Shown here: piece by piece, positions 46,316-56,960 of the stretch
How positions within the stretch are numbered: position 1 is the first letter of the stretch
Layout of the letters: each line of letters begins with the position of its first letter
From: an uncultured Planctomycetales bacterium
GTDB lineage: Bacteria > Omnitrophota > Gorgyraeia > Zapsychrales > JAHFFX01
Assembly (NCBI GenBank): GCA_964612665.1
Contig: CAZTCI010000002.1
Location: forward strand, 147,659 to 211,658
Length of the DNA: 64,000 bases
Direction: 5' to 3'
The notes under the pieces: model-generated
The model's database searches: none
What the model saw: the letters and a program-made list of their open reading frames with translations, nothing else
What the model was told of the DNA's origin: nothing
Made by a program: the position numbers and the translations under genes

Positions 46316-47373
46316 TGTCTTCAAAGCTTGCCCAATTTGAGATTTTTTATTTTCGTTTGCCTTTGGCGAAACCATTTCCGACCCGAAAGGTAATGCTCAA
46401 ATGCCGCGAAGGATTTTTGATCCAATTAATAACGCCGAAGGGTAGAAAAGCCTGGGGTGAGGTGGCGCCGTTACCTGGGTTTAGTTTGGAAAGCCTCACG
46501 GCGGTAAAAAATCAATTATTCACCGTTCGTAAAAAAATTTTAAACGGAGAACTATCGTTTGATTTAAAAACTCTAGAAGCCCAGACATTATCAGCATCAA
46601 TTAAATTTGGTTTGGAAATGGCGTTTTATAATTTACAAGACGCGCTCAACAAAAAACCGCTTCAAAAAAATAAATTAGCGGTAATTAGACTTCTCGAGGG
46701 TGATCTGGATCAAGTCCGAAAACGAGCTTTGGAAGGAATGAATCATGGTTTTAAGTTCTTCAAATTAAAAGTGGGGGGAAGTTCTATTTTGCAAGAACAG
46801 AAAAAAGTTCGAGAGTTGCAACAATTGATTCGAAACAAAGCGACACTCCGCCTGGACGCCAACCGCCAGTGGTCGTTTGATGAAGCGGTTCGGTTCGCGC
46901 GGGGGTTAAATCCGTCGGGTATAGAATATATTGAAGAACCATTTGTTAACGGGAAGAATGACATGACGTTAATTGAAACGTTTTTTGACAAGACGGGATT
47001 TGCGGTCGCGTTGGATGAGTCGTTGTTGTCTATGAAGCCGGGGTCGTTAAAATTTATTAGAGGAGTGAGGGCGATCGTGGTGAAGCCGACGGTGATCGGG
47101 GGCCTTGGCCCGGCGATTACTTGGGTCCGATGGGCCAAGGCCCGGCGTCTGAGCGCTGTTATCAGCTCGAGCTTTGAAACAAGCGTTGGTCTTTCAACAC
47201 TCGCGCAATTAGCCGCTGCCTATCGATGTGAACCGCTGGGCATTGATACTTTAAAATGGCTGGCAGAGGATCTTCTCAAGTCGCCGCTAGATTTTTCTTC
47301 TGGAATTCTTAGTTTGAAATCTTCTTGGGTCACCGAAGAAAATATTAATTGGAACATCTTAGAAAAAATATGA
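46315..47373 (+). CDS. menC: o-succinylbenzoate synthase (enolase superfamily)
   Basis: Enolase-superfamily TIM barrel (KLKVG, LDANRQW, IEYIEEP); ATG overlaps the menA stop. Confidence 0.75.
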   Translation: MSSKLAQFEIFYFRLPLAKPFPTRKVMLKCREGFLIQLITPKGRKAWGEVAPLPGFSLESLTAVKNQLFTVRKKILNGELSFDLKTLEAQTLSASIKFGLEMAFYNLQDALNKKPLQKNKLAVIRLLEGDLDQVRKRALEGMNHGFKFFKLKVGGSSILQEQKKVRELQQLIRNKATLRLDANRQWSFDEAVRFARGLNPSGIEYIEEPFVNGKNDMTLIETFFDKTGFAVALDESLLSMKPGSLKFIRGVRAIVVKPTVIGGLGPAITWVRWAKARRLSAVISSSFETSVGLSTLAQLAAAYRCEPLGIDTLKWLAEDLLKSPLDFSSGILSLKSSWVTEENINWNILEKI

Positions 47374-48836
47374 ACGAAAAAATAATCTGCCCGCTAAGTC
47401 AAGCCGCCGCTAAACAAAGTGATTCACCCGCCATTCTCTTTGGCCGACGGGCCATCTCATTTAAGCAGCTTGATCAATACGTTTGGTCAACCGTTAAAAC
47501 GCTTAAGAAATTTGGTATCAATCCCGGTGACCGGGTGGCGATTGTCGATCAAAATAGCGTCGAGTATCTTATTGTGCTATTAAGTTTATGGCGCTTAGAC
47601 GCTGTTGCACTCCTTCTAAACTTCCGTTTGCCGCCAGAGGCGCTGGCTCAGACGCTCACCGAAACCGAGAGTCGTCTTATTTTCAGTAACCGCGAAGACA
47701 TTTTGTCAGCGAAAAAAATCCGGCACAAAAAAAATTCGCTCGCAGACGTTATTAATTTTGATATCCGTGATTTGCCTTTTCAAGAAACCGCTGAAATTTC
47801 TTTAACCCAAGAGGCAACATTGCTCCAAACATCCGGAACAAGCGGCGCACCCAAAATGGCCTTGCATACTTACGGTAATCATTATTCGAATGCACTTAGC
47901 GCCAATCAAAATATTCCCTTTAAACCCGGCGACCGGTGGCTTTTAACTTTGCCGTTGTTTCATGTCGGAGGATTAGGGATTCTATTGCGTTCATTGTTGG
48001 GGCAAGGGACGATGGTTATTATGACTTTTTTGAAAGATGAAAGCGTGGTCGAAATTATCCGACGAGAAAAAGTGACGCATCTTTCGCTGGTCTCGACGCA
48101 ATTATACCGTTTGTTGAACGATGTGGCGATGTCACCTGAAGATTTGAAAAGTTTAAAAGTTGTTTTACTCGGCGGCAGCAGTTTTCCCAGAAGTTTGCTT
48201 GAACGCGCGATTCAATTTAAATTGCCAATCAATTTATCCTACGGCTTAACCGAAATGGCTTCCCAAGTGGCCACTTCCATCAGACCGGTTATCGATTGGG
48301 CAGATTCGCAGGTCAAAGTTCTTTCTCATGCACAGCTTCAGATTTCCTCAGCAAATGAAATCCGCGTACGCGGTCCGTCTTTATTTAAAGGATATTGGTC
48401 TCAAGGACGATGTCATTTGCCTGTTACCAAGGATGGATGGTTTGAAACAGGCGATTTAGGATTTATCGACGCTCAAAATTATTTAACCATAACAGGCCGT
48501 AAGGATAATATGTTTATCTCCGGCGGAGAAAACATTCAGCCGGAAGAAATTGAAACCAAATTAACCGAACTGAAAGGCATTGCGCAGGCGATCGTTGTTC
48601 CTTTTAGTCATTCGGAGTTTGGTTTCCGTCCGGCGGCTTTTATTACATTGGACCAGGGCGTTCAACTTTCAAAAAAAGAAATTATTTCCAACCTTAAGAA
48701 TTCCTTGCCAGGCTTTAAAATCCCAACGCATTTTTATCACTTTCCCGAGGAGAAAAAGGGAGTTTTAAAACCAAGCCGCCGTGATTTTCAAAAATTAATT
48801 GAAGCTAAGGATGAGCGTTTGAAGCCAATTGCGTGA
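47370..48836 (+). CDS. menE: o-succinylbenzoate--CoA ligase
   Basis: AMP-binding motif LQTSGTSGAPK and YGLTE; ATGA overlap with menC. Confidence 0.8.
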   Translation: MNEKIICPLSQAAAKQSDSPAILFGRRAISFKQLDQYVWSTVKTLKKFGINPGDRVAIVDQNSVEYLIVLLSLWRLDAVALLLNFRLPPEALAQTLTETESRLIFSNREDILSAKKIRHKKNSLADVINFDIRDLPFQETAEISLTQEATLLQTSGTSGAPKMALHTYGNHYSNALSANQNIPFKPGDRWLLTLPLFHVGGLGILLRSLLGQGTMVIMTFLKDESVVEIIRREKVTHLSLVSTQLYRLLNDVAMSPEDLKSLKVVLLGGSSFPRSLLERAIQFKLPINLSYGLTEMASQVATSIRPVIDWADSQVKVLSHAQLQISSANEIRVRGPSLFKGYWSQGRCHLPVTKDGWFETGDLGFIDAQNYLTITGRKDNMFISGGENIQPEEIETKLTELKGIAQAIVVPFSHSEFGFRPAAFITLDQGVQLSKKEIISNLKNSLPGFKIPTHFYHFPEEKKGVLKPSRRDFQKLIEAKDERLKPIA

Positions 48837-49221
48837 GCGTCTGGCGCATGTCAGGGGGGAGGGAAATTTTGGTGCGGGTCTTTTTGTTGATTGTGACATG
48901 AACGGTTTTGCCGGTGCCGACAATTTTTTGTTCATCGTTACGCAGGATATATTCAAATGTGAAGGAGGTATCTCCGATTTTGCCGATTTTAATTTCAATC
49001 GTCACCCGGTCACCTACGAAAAGCGGGGCTTTGTAGTCAGATTCAGCATGAACAATAGGCAGAAAATAATCTTTTTCCAAAAGCAACCGGGCAAAACTAA
49101 AACCGATGGATTCCAAAAGGGATTCGTAGGCGTCATGAAGCAATTTAAATTGATTGCTGAAGAAAAGCAGCCCCGCCGCATCGGTTTCATGAAGTTTGAT
49201 AATGGTTTTGTAAGTGAACAT
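48805..49221 (-). CDS. menI: Hotdog-fold acyl-CoA thioesterase (YbgC/4HBT family), candidate 1,4-dihydroxy-2-naphthoyl-CoA hydrolase
   Basis: 4HBT-type N-terminus (HETDAAGLLFFSNQFKLLHDAYE); convergent with menE. Confidence 0.55.
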   Translation of the reverse strand: MFTYKTIIKLHETDAAGLLFFSNQFKLLHDAYESLLESIGFSFARLLLEKDYFLPIVHAESDYKAPLFVGDRVTIEIKIGKIGDTSFTFEYILRNDEQKIVGTGKTVHVTINKKTRTKISLPPDMRQTLTQLASNAHP

Positions 49222-49371
49222 AAAAGCGTGCTGCCCGACGGAAAACTACGGTTGTAATGAGATTGGCTAAGTCTTTAACCATCTTTAGAAGCGAAGTGAT
49301 TATAACATAGCCCGGTTTTTCGACAAGAAACTTGGAATAAAATTTTTACAATATTTTCTGTTTTTCTAAGG

Positions 49372-49400
49372 TTGACAAAATAAAGAAAACTTGTACTATA
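49372..49400 (+). promoter_or_regulatory. Sigma70-like promoter (TTGACA-N17-TACTAT) for aqpZ
   Basis: ttgacaaaataaagaaaacttgtactat, ~65 nt upstream of RBS aaggagg and ATG 49464. Confidence 0.45.
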
Positions 49401-49463
49401 AGAACGCTTCACTTACCTAATTTTTTCATTTCATTCATTTATAAAATCTAACAAGGAGGCGGT

Positions 49464-50117
49464 ATGAATTTTAAGGCTTTGGTTGCGGAATTAATCGGGA
49501 CTTTTGCCTTGATTTTCATTGGTGTCGGAGCCATTGCCGCGGATAAAATCAGCGGCGGGCAGTCAGGTTTGGTTGGCATCGCCCTGGCTCACGGACTGAC
49601 GATTGCTGTTATGGCGAGCGCCACGGTCGCCATCAGCGGCGGACATCTTAATCCCGCTGTCACGATTGGTTTATTTACCGCCCGAAAAATTGACGGCTTA
49701 AATGCCGCTGGTTATGTCATCGCCCAATGCGTTGGCGCTATTTTGGCCGCTTTTGCGATCAAAATTATCCTTCCTGAATCTCTGGCCAGTGGAACACCAA
49801 ACTTAGGAACAGGTGTTTCAGTTCAAGTAGCCCTTCTCACTGAAATCATTTTAACTTTCTTTTTAGTATTTGTTGTTTATGGAACAGCTGTGCACACCAA
49901 CGCCCCGAAGGTCGGCGCGTTGTTTATTGGTCTGACTGTCACGCTTGATATTTTAATGGGCGGGCCAATTACCGGCGCGGCCATGAATCCGGCGCGGCAT
50001 TTAGGCCCGGCGCTCGTCGGCGGTAATTTTGAAAATATTTGGCTGTATTGGCTGGGTCCGGTTTTAGGCGGTGTCATTGCGGCTAATGTTTATCGTTGTG
50101 TTTTGGAGCAAAAGTGA
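49464..50117 (+). CDS. aqpZ: Aquaporin / MIP-family channel
   Basis: Two NPA boxes (GGHLNPAVT and GAAMNPARH); six TM helices. Confidence 0.85.
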   Translation: MNFKALVAELIGTFALIFIGVGAIAADKISGGQSGLVGIALAHGLTIAVMASATVAISGGHLNPAVTIGLFTARKIDGLNAAGYVIAQCVGAILAAFAIKIILPESLASGTPNLGTGVSVQVALLTEIILTFFLVFVVYGTAVHTNAPKVGALFIGLTVTLDILMGGPITGAAMNPARHLGPALVGGNFENIWLYWLGPVLGGVIAANVYRCVLEQK

Positions 50118-50131
50118 AACTTAAGAATTTG

Positions 50132-50188
50132 ACGCGGATTATCGCAGATTACACACGGATCAACGCAGATATCCGCGATAATCCGCGT
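50132..50188 (+). repeat. Perfect 14-bp inverted repeat (acgcggattatcgc / gcgataatccgcgt) with a 29-nt loop, between aqpZ and tpx
   Basis: Read directly. ATCCGCG occurs three times, phased ~10 nt apart. Confidence 0.5.
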
Positions 50189-50227
50189 TAGAATAATTTT
50201 TCAATTGAAAGAAAGGAGAAGTTTGAA

Positions 50228-50752
50228 ATGAAAGAACGTGCCGGTCTTACTGCAATGAAAGGGAATCCTATTATTTTGCTTGGTGAGGAAATTAAAGTTG
50301 GTCAAACTGTTCCGGACGCGACGCTGGTCGCGCATGATTTGTCAGAAGTGAAGTTATCGTCTTTTAAAGGCAAACGTGTTCTTATTTCCGTTGTCCCGTC
50401 GTTGGACACGGGTGTTTGTGATACCCAAACTAAAAAATTTAATGCTGAGGCCGGAAAACTTGGCAATGATGTGATTATTCTCACCGTCAGCATGGATTTA
50501 CCTTTTGCGCAAAAGCGTTGGTGCGGCGCGGCTGGTGTTTCCAATGTGAAAACTTTATCTGATCACCGTGATGCCGCCTTCGGGACTGCTTACGGTGTGT
50601 TGATAAAAGGGCTGAGACTTTTAGCCAGATCAATTTTTGTTCTTGATCCCAAAGGCACCGTTCAGTATATTGAAATTGTTAAAGAAGTAACCCACGAACC
50701 GAACTATGCGGCCGCTCTCGACGCTGTAAGTAAACAGTTAAGCGCCCGTTGA
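50228..50752 (+). CDS. tpx: Thiol peroxidase (atypical 2-Cys peroxiredoxin)
   Basis: LISVVPSLDTGVCDTQ peroxidatic Cys motif and resolving Cys (FAQKRWCGA). Confidence 0.85.
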   Translation: MKERAGLTAMKGNPIILLGEEIKVGQTVPDATLVAHDLSEVKLSSFKGKRVLISVVPSLDTGVCDTQTKKFNAEAGKLGNDVIILTVSMDLPFAQKRWCGAAGVSNVKTLSDHRDAAFGTAYGVLIKGLRLLARSIFVLDPKGTVQYIEIVKEVTHEPNYAAALDAVSKQLSAR

Positions 50753-50781
50753 ACCGTTAAGTTATTTGGAAGGAGAATATA

Positions 50782-51396
50782 ATGGCTTACACATTACCCA
50801 AATTAGCATATCCCTATAATGCGTTGGAACCACATATCGACGCGCAAACCATGGAAATTCATCACACCAAGCATCATCAAACCTATATCACTAATGTCAA
50901 TAAAGCTCTTGAAGGAAAATCTAATCTAGAATCCAAAACCGTGGAAGCATTAATCGCGGATCTTAACAGCGTTCCAGAAGATATCCGCACCGTTGTCAGA
51001 AATAACGGCGGCGGTCATGCCAATCACACGTTTTTCTGGACGATCTTAGGACCTGGTAAAGGTGGAAAACCTTCGGGGGATTTGGAAAAAGCGATTTCAA
51101 AAGAATTTGGCAGCTTCGAGGCTTTTAAAGAAAAGTTCGAAAACGCCGGTAAAGGCCGTTTCGGCAGCGGTTGGGCGTGGCTGGCGATGGATAAAAATGG
51201 AAAATTAGAAGTGACGTCAACCGCCAACCAAGACAGTCCTATTATGGAAGGGAAGAAACCGATTTTAGGCGTTGATGTCTGGGAACACGCCTATTATCTT
51301 AAATATCAAAACCGTCGTCCGGATTATCTCGCGGCTTTTTGGAATGTGGTTGATTGGGATGCGGTTGCCAAATACTATCAATCCTCGAAAAAGTAA
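50782..51396 (+). CDS. Fe/Mn superoxide dismutase
   Basis: HHTKHH...; DVWEHAYY metal-binding motif. Confidence 0.9.
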   Translation: MAYTLPKLAYPYNALEPHIDAQTMEIHHTKHHQTYITNVNKALEGKSNLESKTVEALIADLNSVPEDIRTVVRNNGGGHANHTFFWTILGPGKGGKPSGDLEKAISKEFGSFEAFKEKFENAGKGRFGSGWAWLAMDKNGKLEVTSTANQDSPIMEGKKPILGVDVWEHAYYLKYQNRRPDYLAAFWNVVDWDAVAKYYQSSKK

Positions 51397-51417
51397 ATTT
51401 TTCGAGGATTCTTTTTG
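51381..51417 (+). terminator. Rho-independent terminator overlapping the sod stop codon
   Basis: atcctcgaaaaa / tttttcgaggat stem followed by a T-run. Confidence 0.75.
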
Positions 51418-51548
51418 AGAAAAAATGAGCAGCGCGTTCATTAAAAATCCGTTAAAAATAATTCCAATGAAATTTTAAGAATATTTACACTGCTTAAATC
51501 ACCGACGAGAAGAACGTTCTAAGAATTCAAAAATAAGCGACAAACCGC

Positions 51549-51576
51549 TTGACACAATCAAGCTGCTGCATATACT
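51549..51576 (+). promoter_or_regulatory. Near-consensus sigma70 promoter (TTGACA-N16-TATACT), ~300 nt upstream of nrdA
   Basis: Read directly; implies a long nrdA leader. Confidence 0.5.
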
Positions 51577-51617
51577 AAATCTAGTATCAAAAGCTCACCG
51601 GTCTCTATATCTTGTAG
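51572..51617 (+). promoter_or_regulatory. Two candidate NrdR boxes ~31 bp apart (ATACTAAATCTAGTAT and CTATATCTTGTAG)
   Basis: Box 1 is a 6-4-6 palindrome matching the NrdR core ACTA-N4-TAGT and overlaps the -10. Box 2 is weaker. Spacing fits the three-helical-turn rule. Confidence 0.4.
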
Positions 51618-51877
51618 TTTAGGAGTTTTTCGGTTTCATGGGTATCCGCTGTCAACTTCAATCAAGCCTGCCATACCACCAAGTCCCGGGTTCTATCAAC
51701 CTTAAGCAAAAATACAACACTATCGATGTGATGAAGTGTCGATGGATTATAATTCTTGACGGTTCTCTTTTTTTTAAAGCCAAGACAATTTGGAAAATTT
51801 CTTCCGCGTCTGTGTTTTTACTTTTATCCAGATTATTAACGCCAGCGTTTAACATTATTTAACGGAGGTTGTGCGCA

Positions 51878-54800
51878 ATGTCCCCAGAAATTCAAATTGG
51901 GTCTGGAATGAAAGTCAAAAAAAGAAACGGCCAGCTAGTGGCGTTTAATGCGCTGCGCATTAAAAATGCGATCGGCAACGCTTTTAAAGAACATCAACGG
52001 CTTCCCCGCGAGGCCGAGTTAACGCAAGAAATAATTGATGAAGTCGAAAAAATAACCGGCTGTATGATGTCGGTTTTAAAAGGCCGGGCTTTGGAAAAAG
52101 ATTGCTTGTCGGTTGAAGAAATTCAGGATGAAGTTATTCGTCAGCTTTATGAAAATGGCAATAAAGAAGTCGCCGAACGTTATGCCAGCTACCGCCGCCA
52201 TCATGCGACCCGACGGGCGTTATTTGAATTATATTCAACCGTCAAACGCGACGGGAAAGTGGTTTCGTTTAAGCCGGAAAAAATTACCCTCGCCATCGCC
52301 AAGGCTTTTCGCGCGAACAATAACGGAGAACTAAACGATATTCTTTTAGAAAAAGCCCGTGAACTTTCCGACAAAGTCGTCGCTGAAATCCGCCGTCTGT
52401 GGCCAGAAGGCCGCGCCGTACCGATTGAAGAAGTTCAAGATATCGTTGAAAAAACTTTAATGACCTCTGGTTATCACGATGTTGCCCGTCGGTATATCAT
52501 CTATAGAGAAGAACGCGCCAAAGTCCGCCGTGCCCAGCAAAAAGATGTCCAGCTGCCTTTAAACTTTCTCAAAAATATTGTCGTCAAAACCGAAGACGGT
52601 CATGAAAAACCGCTTAATCTCGATGAGATCCGTTATCAGATCGAAACTTGCTGTCAGGGATTAAGTGATGTTTCCGTCGATAAAGTCTTCAACGAAGCGG
52701 TTAAGAATTATTACAACGGCATTACGGAAAATAAAATTTCCATTTGTAATATTATGGCGGCGCGTTCGTTAATTGAGATTGAACCCAACTACAGTTTTGT
52801 CGCAGCGCGGTTGGTTTTGCTGCAGGAATACCGTGAGGCGATCGACGAAGATGTGAGCTTTGAGCGCATTAAAACCGAATATCCGATTTATTTTGCCGCT
52901 TATATTAAAAAAGCGGTTGAATTGGAATTGTTAAGCGCAGATCTTTTGGATTTCAATTTGAATTATCTGGGGCAGCATTTGGATCCGTCGCGGGATTTTA
53001 TTTTTAGATACATGGGACTGCAGACGCTTTACGACCGCTATTTTATTCATTGGGAAGACCGCCGGCTTGAACTGCCGCAGATTTTCTGGATGCGCGTCGC
53101 CATGGGATTGGCTAAAAAAGAAGGCGATCAGAAAAATGAGAGGGCGGTTGAGTTCTATAATATTTTATCGACCTTTCGTTTTATGTCATCGACCCCGACG
53201 CTGTTTAATTCCGGTACCCGTCATTCGCAGTTGTCATCGTGTTTCTTAACGACCGTTGACGACGATTTGTTCCATATTTTTAAATGTATTCAAGACGATG
53301 CCATGCTTTCGAAGTGGAGCGGCGGGCTTGGCAATGATTGGACCAGTGTGCGATCAATGGGTTCGCGCATTAAAGGGACGAACGGCCGCAGCCAGGGTGT
53401 TATTCCGTTTTTAAAAGTGGCGAATGACACGGCGCTCGCGGTTAATCAAGGCGGTAAACGCCAAGGCGCGATGTGCGCGTATTTGGAAGTTTGGCATTTG
53501 GATATCGATGAATTTCTAGAACTGCGTAAAAATACCGGTGATGACCGCCGGCGCACACATGACATGCATACGGCCAATTGGATCCCGGATCTTTTTATGA
53601 AACGGGTTAAATCCAACGGCAACTGGACGCTGTTTAGCCCGAGCGATGTTCCTGATTTACATCACCTTTATGGTCAAGTCTTTGAAAAACGTTATGAAGA
53701 ATATGAGGCGATGACTAAAACCGGCCAGATCAAACATTTCAAGGTGATCTCCGCCGTGCAGTTGTGGCGTAAAATGCTTAGCATGCTTTTTGAAACCGGT
53801 CATCCTTGGATTACCTGGAAAGATCCGTCTAATGTCCGTTCGCCGCAAGATCACGTTGGTGTGGTTCACAGTTCGAATTTGTGCACAGAAATTCTTTTAA
53901 ATACCTCTAAGAATGAAACCGCCGTGTGTAATCTTGGATCACTCAATCTTTCCGTCCACACAACCGCACAAGGGTTAGATCATGCTTTACTAAAAGATAC
54001 TATTCGAACTGTTGTTCGAATGCTGGATAATGTGATTGACATTAATTATTATCCGACCAAAGAAGCCGAAACCGCAAATTCTGCGCACCGGCCGGTTGGG
54101 TTAGGCATCATGGGATTTCAGGACGCGTTATACATTCAAGATGTTAGTTATGCCTCACAAGCTGCCGTCGAATTTGCCGACAGCAGTATGGAAGCGATTT
54201 CTTATTATGCGATTCTGGCATCGATTAAATTGGCCAAGGAACGTGGAGCGTATTCCACTTATAAAGGTTCAAAATGGGACCGCGGGTATTTGCCCGTTGA
54301 CACGTTGGATATTTTGGAGAAAGAGCGCGGCGGGTATCTCGATGTTGACCGCACGATGCGCATGGATTGGACGCCGGTGCGTGAAGCGCTCAAGAAAAAT
54401 GGATTGCGCAATAGTTTAATTATGGCTATTGCTCCGACGGCAACAATCGGCAACATCGTCGGGGTCACGGCTTCAATTGAACCCATGTATAAAAATGTTT
54501 TTGTAAAAAGTAATTTGTCCGGCGAATTTACCGTCATTAATGAATATTTGGTTGAAGATTTAAAGAAGATCAATCTCTGGGATAAAGAGATGATCGATGA
54601 TATTAAATACTTCGATGGCAGCATCCAGGAAATTCCACGGATTCCAGAAAAACTTAAAGCCAAGTATGTGACAGCGTTTGAGATTGACTATGAATGGATC
54701 ATTGAAGCGGCCAGCCGTCGGCAAAAATGGATTGATATGGGGCAGTCTTTAAACTTGTATCAAGCTAAACCCAGCGGCAAAAAAATTAGCGACATGTATA

Positions 54801-55003
54801 TCTTCGGCTGGGAAAAAGGATTAAAGACGACCTACTATCTGCGCTCGATGGGAGCGACACGGATTGAAAAAAGCACCTTGGACATCACTCGCTATGCCAA
54901 TGTCATCGGCCAGCGCCAGCGGGGAGAAGACAGCAAGATTACCACAAATAATCCGCGCCCAACATCGACCCAATCATCCGAGGATTGCGAAGCATGTCAA
55001 TAA
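51878..55003 (+). CDS. nrdA: Ribonucleoside-diphosphate reductase class Ia alpha subunit with three N-terminal ATP-cone domains
   Basis: Repeated ATP-cone modules ([11 protein letters not shown]..., [15 protein letters not shown]..., [17 protein letters not shown]...). Catalytic core has SCFL, the NLCTEI active-site loop, and C-terminal CxxC. RBS ggagg upstream of 51878. Confidence 0.9.
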   Translation: MSPEIQIGSGMKVKKRNGQLVAFNALRIKNAIGNAFKEHQRLPREAELTQEIIDEVEKITGCMMSVLKGRALEKDCLSVEEIQDEVIRQLYENGNKEVAERYASYRRHHATRRALFELYSTVKRDGKVVSFKPEKITLAIAKAFRANNNGELNDILLEKARELSDKVVAEIRRLWPEGRAVPIEEVQDIVEKTLMTSGYHDVARRYIIYREERAKVRRAQQKDVQLPLNFLKNIVVKTEDGHEKPLNLDEIRYQIETCCQGLSDVSVDKVFNEAVKNYYNGITENKISICNIMAARSLIEIEPNYSFVAARLVLLQEYREAIDEDVSFERIKTEYPIYFAAYIKKAVELELLSADLLDFNLNYLGQHLDPSRDFIFRYMGLQTLYDRYFIHWEDRRLELPQIFWMRVAMGLAKKEGDQKNERAVEFYNILSTFRFMSSTPTLFNSGTRHSQLSSCFLTTVDDDLFHIFKCIQDDAMLSKWSGGLGNDWTSVRSMGSRIKGTNGRSQGVIPFLKVANDTALAVNQGGKRQGAMCAYLEVWHLDIDEFLELRKNTGDDRRRTHDMHTANWIPDLFMKRVKSNGNWTLFSPSDVPDLHHLYGQVFEKRYEEYEAMTKTGQIKHFKVISAVQLWRKMLSMLFETGHPWITWKDPSNVRSPQDHVGVVHSSNLCTEILLNTSKNETAVCNLGSLNLSVHTTAQGLDHALLKDTIRTVVRMLDNVIDINYYPTKEAETANSAHRPVGLGIMGFQDALYIQDVSYASQAAVEFADSSMEAISYYAILASIKLAKERGAYSTYKGSKWDRGYLPVDTLDILEKERGGYLDVDRTMRMDWTPVREALKKNGLRNSLIMAIAPTATIGNIVGVTASIEPMYKNVFVKSNLSGEFTVINEYLVEDLKKINLWDKEMIDDIKYFDGSIQEIPRIPEKLKAKYVTAFEIDYEWIIEAASRRQKWIDMGQSLNLYQAKPSGKKISDMYIFGWEKGLKTTYYLRSMGATRIEKSTLDITRYANVIGQRQRGEDSKITTNNPRPTSTQSSEDCEACQ

Positions 55004-55050
55004 AATTAAATCAAGATTCAAAGAATTTGAATATAAATGAAGGGAGTTTA

Positions 55051-56106
55051 AAAATGTCAGGGTCGTCTTCTTCAATGCGTATGACCCAGGAAAGGGTCTC
55101 GGTTGATAAAAAAAGAATCATCAATAATGAAAGAATGGTTGATGTCAACCAGCTTGTTCCGATTAAATACAAGTGGGCTTGGCATTTTTATCTGGACGGC
55201 TGTGCCAATCATTGGATGCCGACGGAAGTTTCGATGCAGCGTGACATCGAGCAGTGGCGGAATCCCAAAGCTTTTACCGATGCCGAACGTCACGTGATTA
55301 AACGGAATTTTGGATTTTTTTCAACCGCAGAAACGCTCGTTGGCAACAATATTGTCCTGGCGATCTACAAATGTATTGATAATCCGGAATGCCGGCAATA
55401 TCTGCTTCGCCAGGCGTTTGAAGAAGCGATCCATGTGCACGCGTTTCAATACATAATTGAATCGTTGTCCATGGATGACGGTGAGCTGTTTAATATGTAC
55501 CGGGAAGTTAAGGCCATTTACAATAAGGATGAATTCGCGATGCGGTTAACCGATGACATTCTAGCGCCGGATTTTGAAATGGTTTCTGTTAAAGGCCAGC
55601 AGAAGATGGTTGATAATCTCGTCGGTTATTATGCGATTACCGAAGGGATTTTCTTTTACAGTGGTTTTGTCATTATGTTATCCTTCGGCCGACAAAACCG
55701 TTTGCCGGGCGCGTGTGAACAGATTCAATACATTCTGCGCGATGAGAGCATTCATATGAATTTTGGTATTGAGTTGATCAATACGGTTGTTGATGAAAAT
55801 CCGGATTTGTGGACGCCACGTTTTCAGGAATCGTTAATTGAAAAAATAAAAACCGCGGTTGAGTTGGAATGCCTGTATGCAAAAGATTGCTTGCCCAACG
55901 GTGTTTTAGGATTAAACGCCGAATTGCTTCGCGAATATGTGCAGTACATCGCGGACCGGCGTTTAGAAAAACTCCGTTTACGTAAAATTTACGGTTCGGA
56001 AAATCCTTTCCCCTGGATGTCCGAGGTCATTGACCTTAAGAAAGAAAAGAATTTCTTTGAAACCCGCGTGACTGAATATCAAACCGGCGGGGCGCTCGAA
56101 TGGTAA
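55051..56106 (+). CDS. nrdB: Ribonucleoside-diphosphate reductase beta subunit
   Basis: Di-iron ligand helices ([16 protein letters not shown]) and a Tyr-radical region. RBS aagggag upstream of 55051. Confidence 0.85.
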   Translation, partial: KMSGSSSSMRMTQERVSVDKKRIINNERMVDVNQLVPIKYKWAWHFYLDGCANHWMPTEVSMQRDIEQWRNPKAFTDAERHVIKRNFGFFSTAETLVGNNIVLAIYKCIDNPECRQYLLRQAFEEAIHVHAFQYIIESLSMDDGELFNMYREVKAIYNKDEFAMRLTDDILAPDFEMVSVKGQQKMVDNLVGYYAITEGIFFYSGFVIMLSFGRQNRLPGACEQIQYILRDESIHMNFGIELINTVVDENPDLWTPRFQESLIEKIKTAVELECLYAKDCLPNGVLGLNAELLREYVQYIADRRLEKLRLRKIYGSENPFPWMSEVIDLKKEKNFFETRVTEYQTGGALEW

Positions 56107-56137
56107 TCTAAGCGTTAAAAAATAGACGAAATACCCA

Positions 56138-56184
56138 CGGGCCTGCCAACGATTAAAAAAACGAGGGCAGGCCCGTTTCGTTTC
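56138..56184 (+). terminator. Rho-independent terminator after nrdB
   Basis: cgggcctgcc / ggcaggcccg stem followed by tttcgtttc. Confidence 0.8.
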
Positions 56185-56391
56185 GGCGCGCAATAAATTT
56201 TTGTACAAACCAAATATAACTTTGTATACTTAAATCGAAAAGATTTTTTCGGTTATCCGCATTGAAATTGATTTGATTATGATAAATATTTTAGTCCATA
56301 AGAAATTTTCACTGAAACGTAGGGATGGTCGATAGTGCAGTATTTTGTACGACTTTAATAAAATTTTTGACATCAATCTATAGATAAGAAA

Positions 56392-56865
56392 ATGAGCCTT
56401 TACGAAGATTACTTTAGAAAAATAGAAGCACCTGAAATGGATGATGGACAGAAAGTCCTTGCTATTGAGCTTTTAACTTCTACAGGCAAAGAACTACAGC
56501 CTTCGCGTCGCCGTTTAGCGGAAGAATTCGCTCCCCGTTTTGAGAAAATATTGCATGCAAAGTCCCCGAAGGTCAGAGCCGCCATTGTTAAAGCGCTAGG
56601 TAGTTTTGGTATTAAATTCTATGCAGCTTCTATTGTTCCCCTATTAGATGATGAAGATGGAGAAGTCCGTGGCATGGTTGTGTGGGCCCTTGACCAATTG
56701 GACGCTAGACAATATCGATTTAGAATAGAAAAGTTGAAATATGATTCCGCCCAATTTATAATTCAAGATGAAAAGTTTCAAATACGCAACTTAACAGTTA
56801 GCGGACTTGTAAAAGAAATCTTAGAAAAATGGGACTTTATTGATAAGAAAAAAGATGATTTCTAA
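56392..56865 (+). CDS. HEAT/PBS-lyase-like repeat protein
   Basis: Repeats of the type PKVRAAIVKALGSFG / GEVRGMVVWALDQL. Confidence 0.4.
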   Translation: MSLYEDYFRKIEAPEMDDGQKVLAIELLTSTGKELQPSRRRLAEEFAPRFEKILHAKSPKVRAAIVKALGSFGIKFYAASIVPLLDDEDGEVRGMVVWALDQLDARQYRFRIEKLKYDSAQFIIQDEKFQIRNLTVSGLVKEILEKWDFIDKKKDDF

Positions 56866-56960
56866 ATAACGAAATAAAGTTTTCCTCGAGACCTGCGGCT
56901 GTCCAATAAACGAATACGACACCAAGCCTGGTTCGAGATAGATTTAAAAGAGACAAAATT

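Noticed and set aside
51638-51862. 74-aa ORF (and its antisense partner) in the region between sod and nrdA
   Set aside because: It lies inside the predicted long nrdA leader, downstream of the promoter and NrdR boxes. It has no RBS and no recognisable fold, so it is more likely non-coding leader RNA.
51878-55003. Intein in the 1042-aa NrdA
   Set aside because: No Cys/Ser-His...HN-Cys/Ser/Thr splice-junction blocks and no endonuclease motif were found. The extra length is accounted for by three N-terminal ATP-cone modules.
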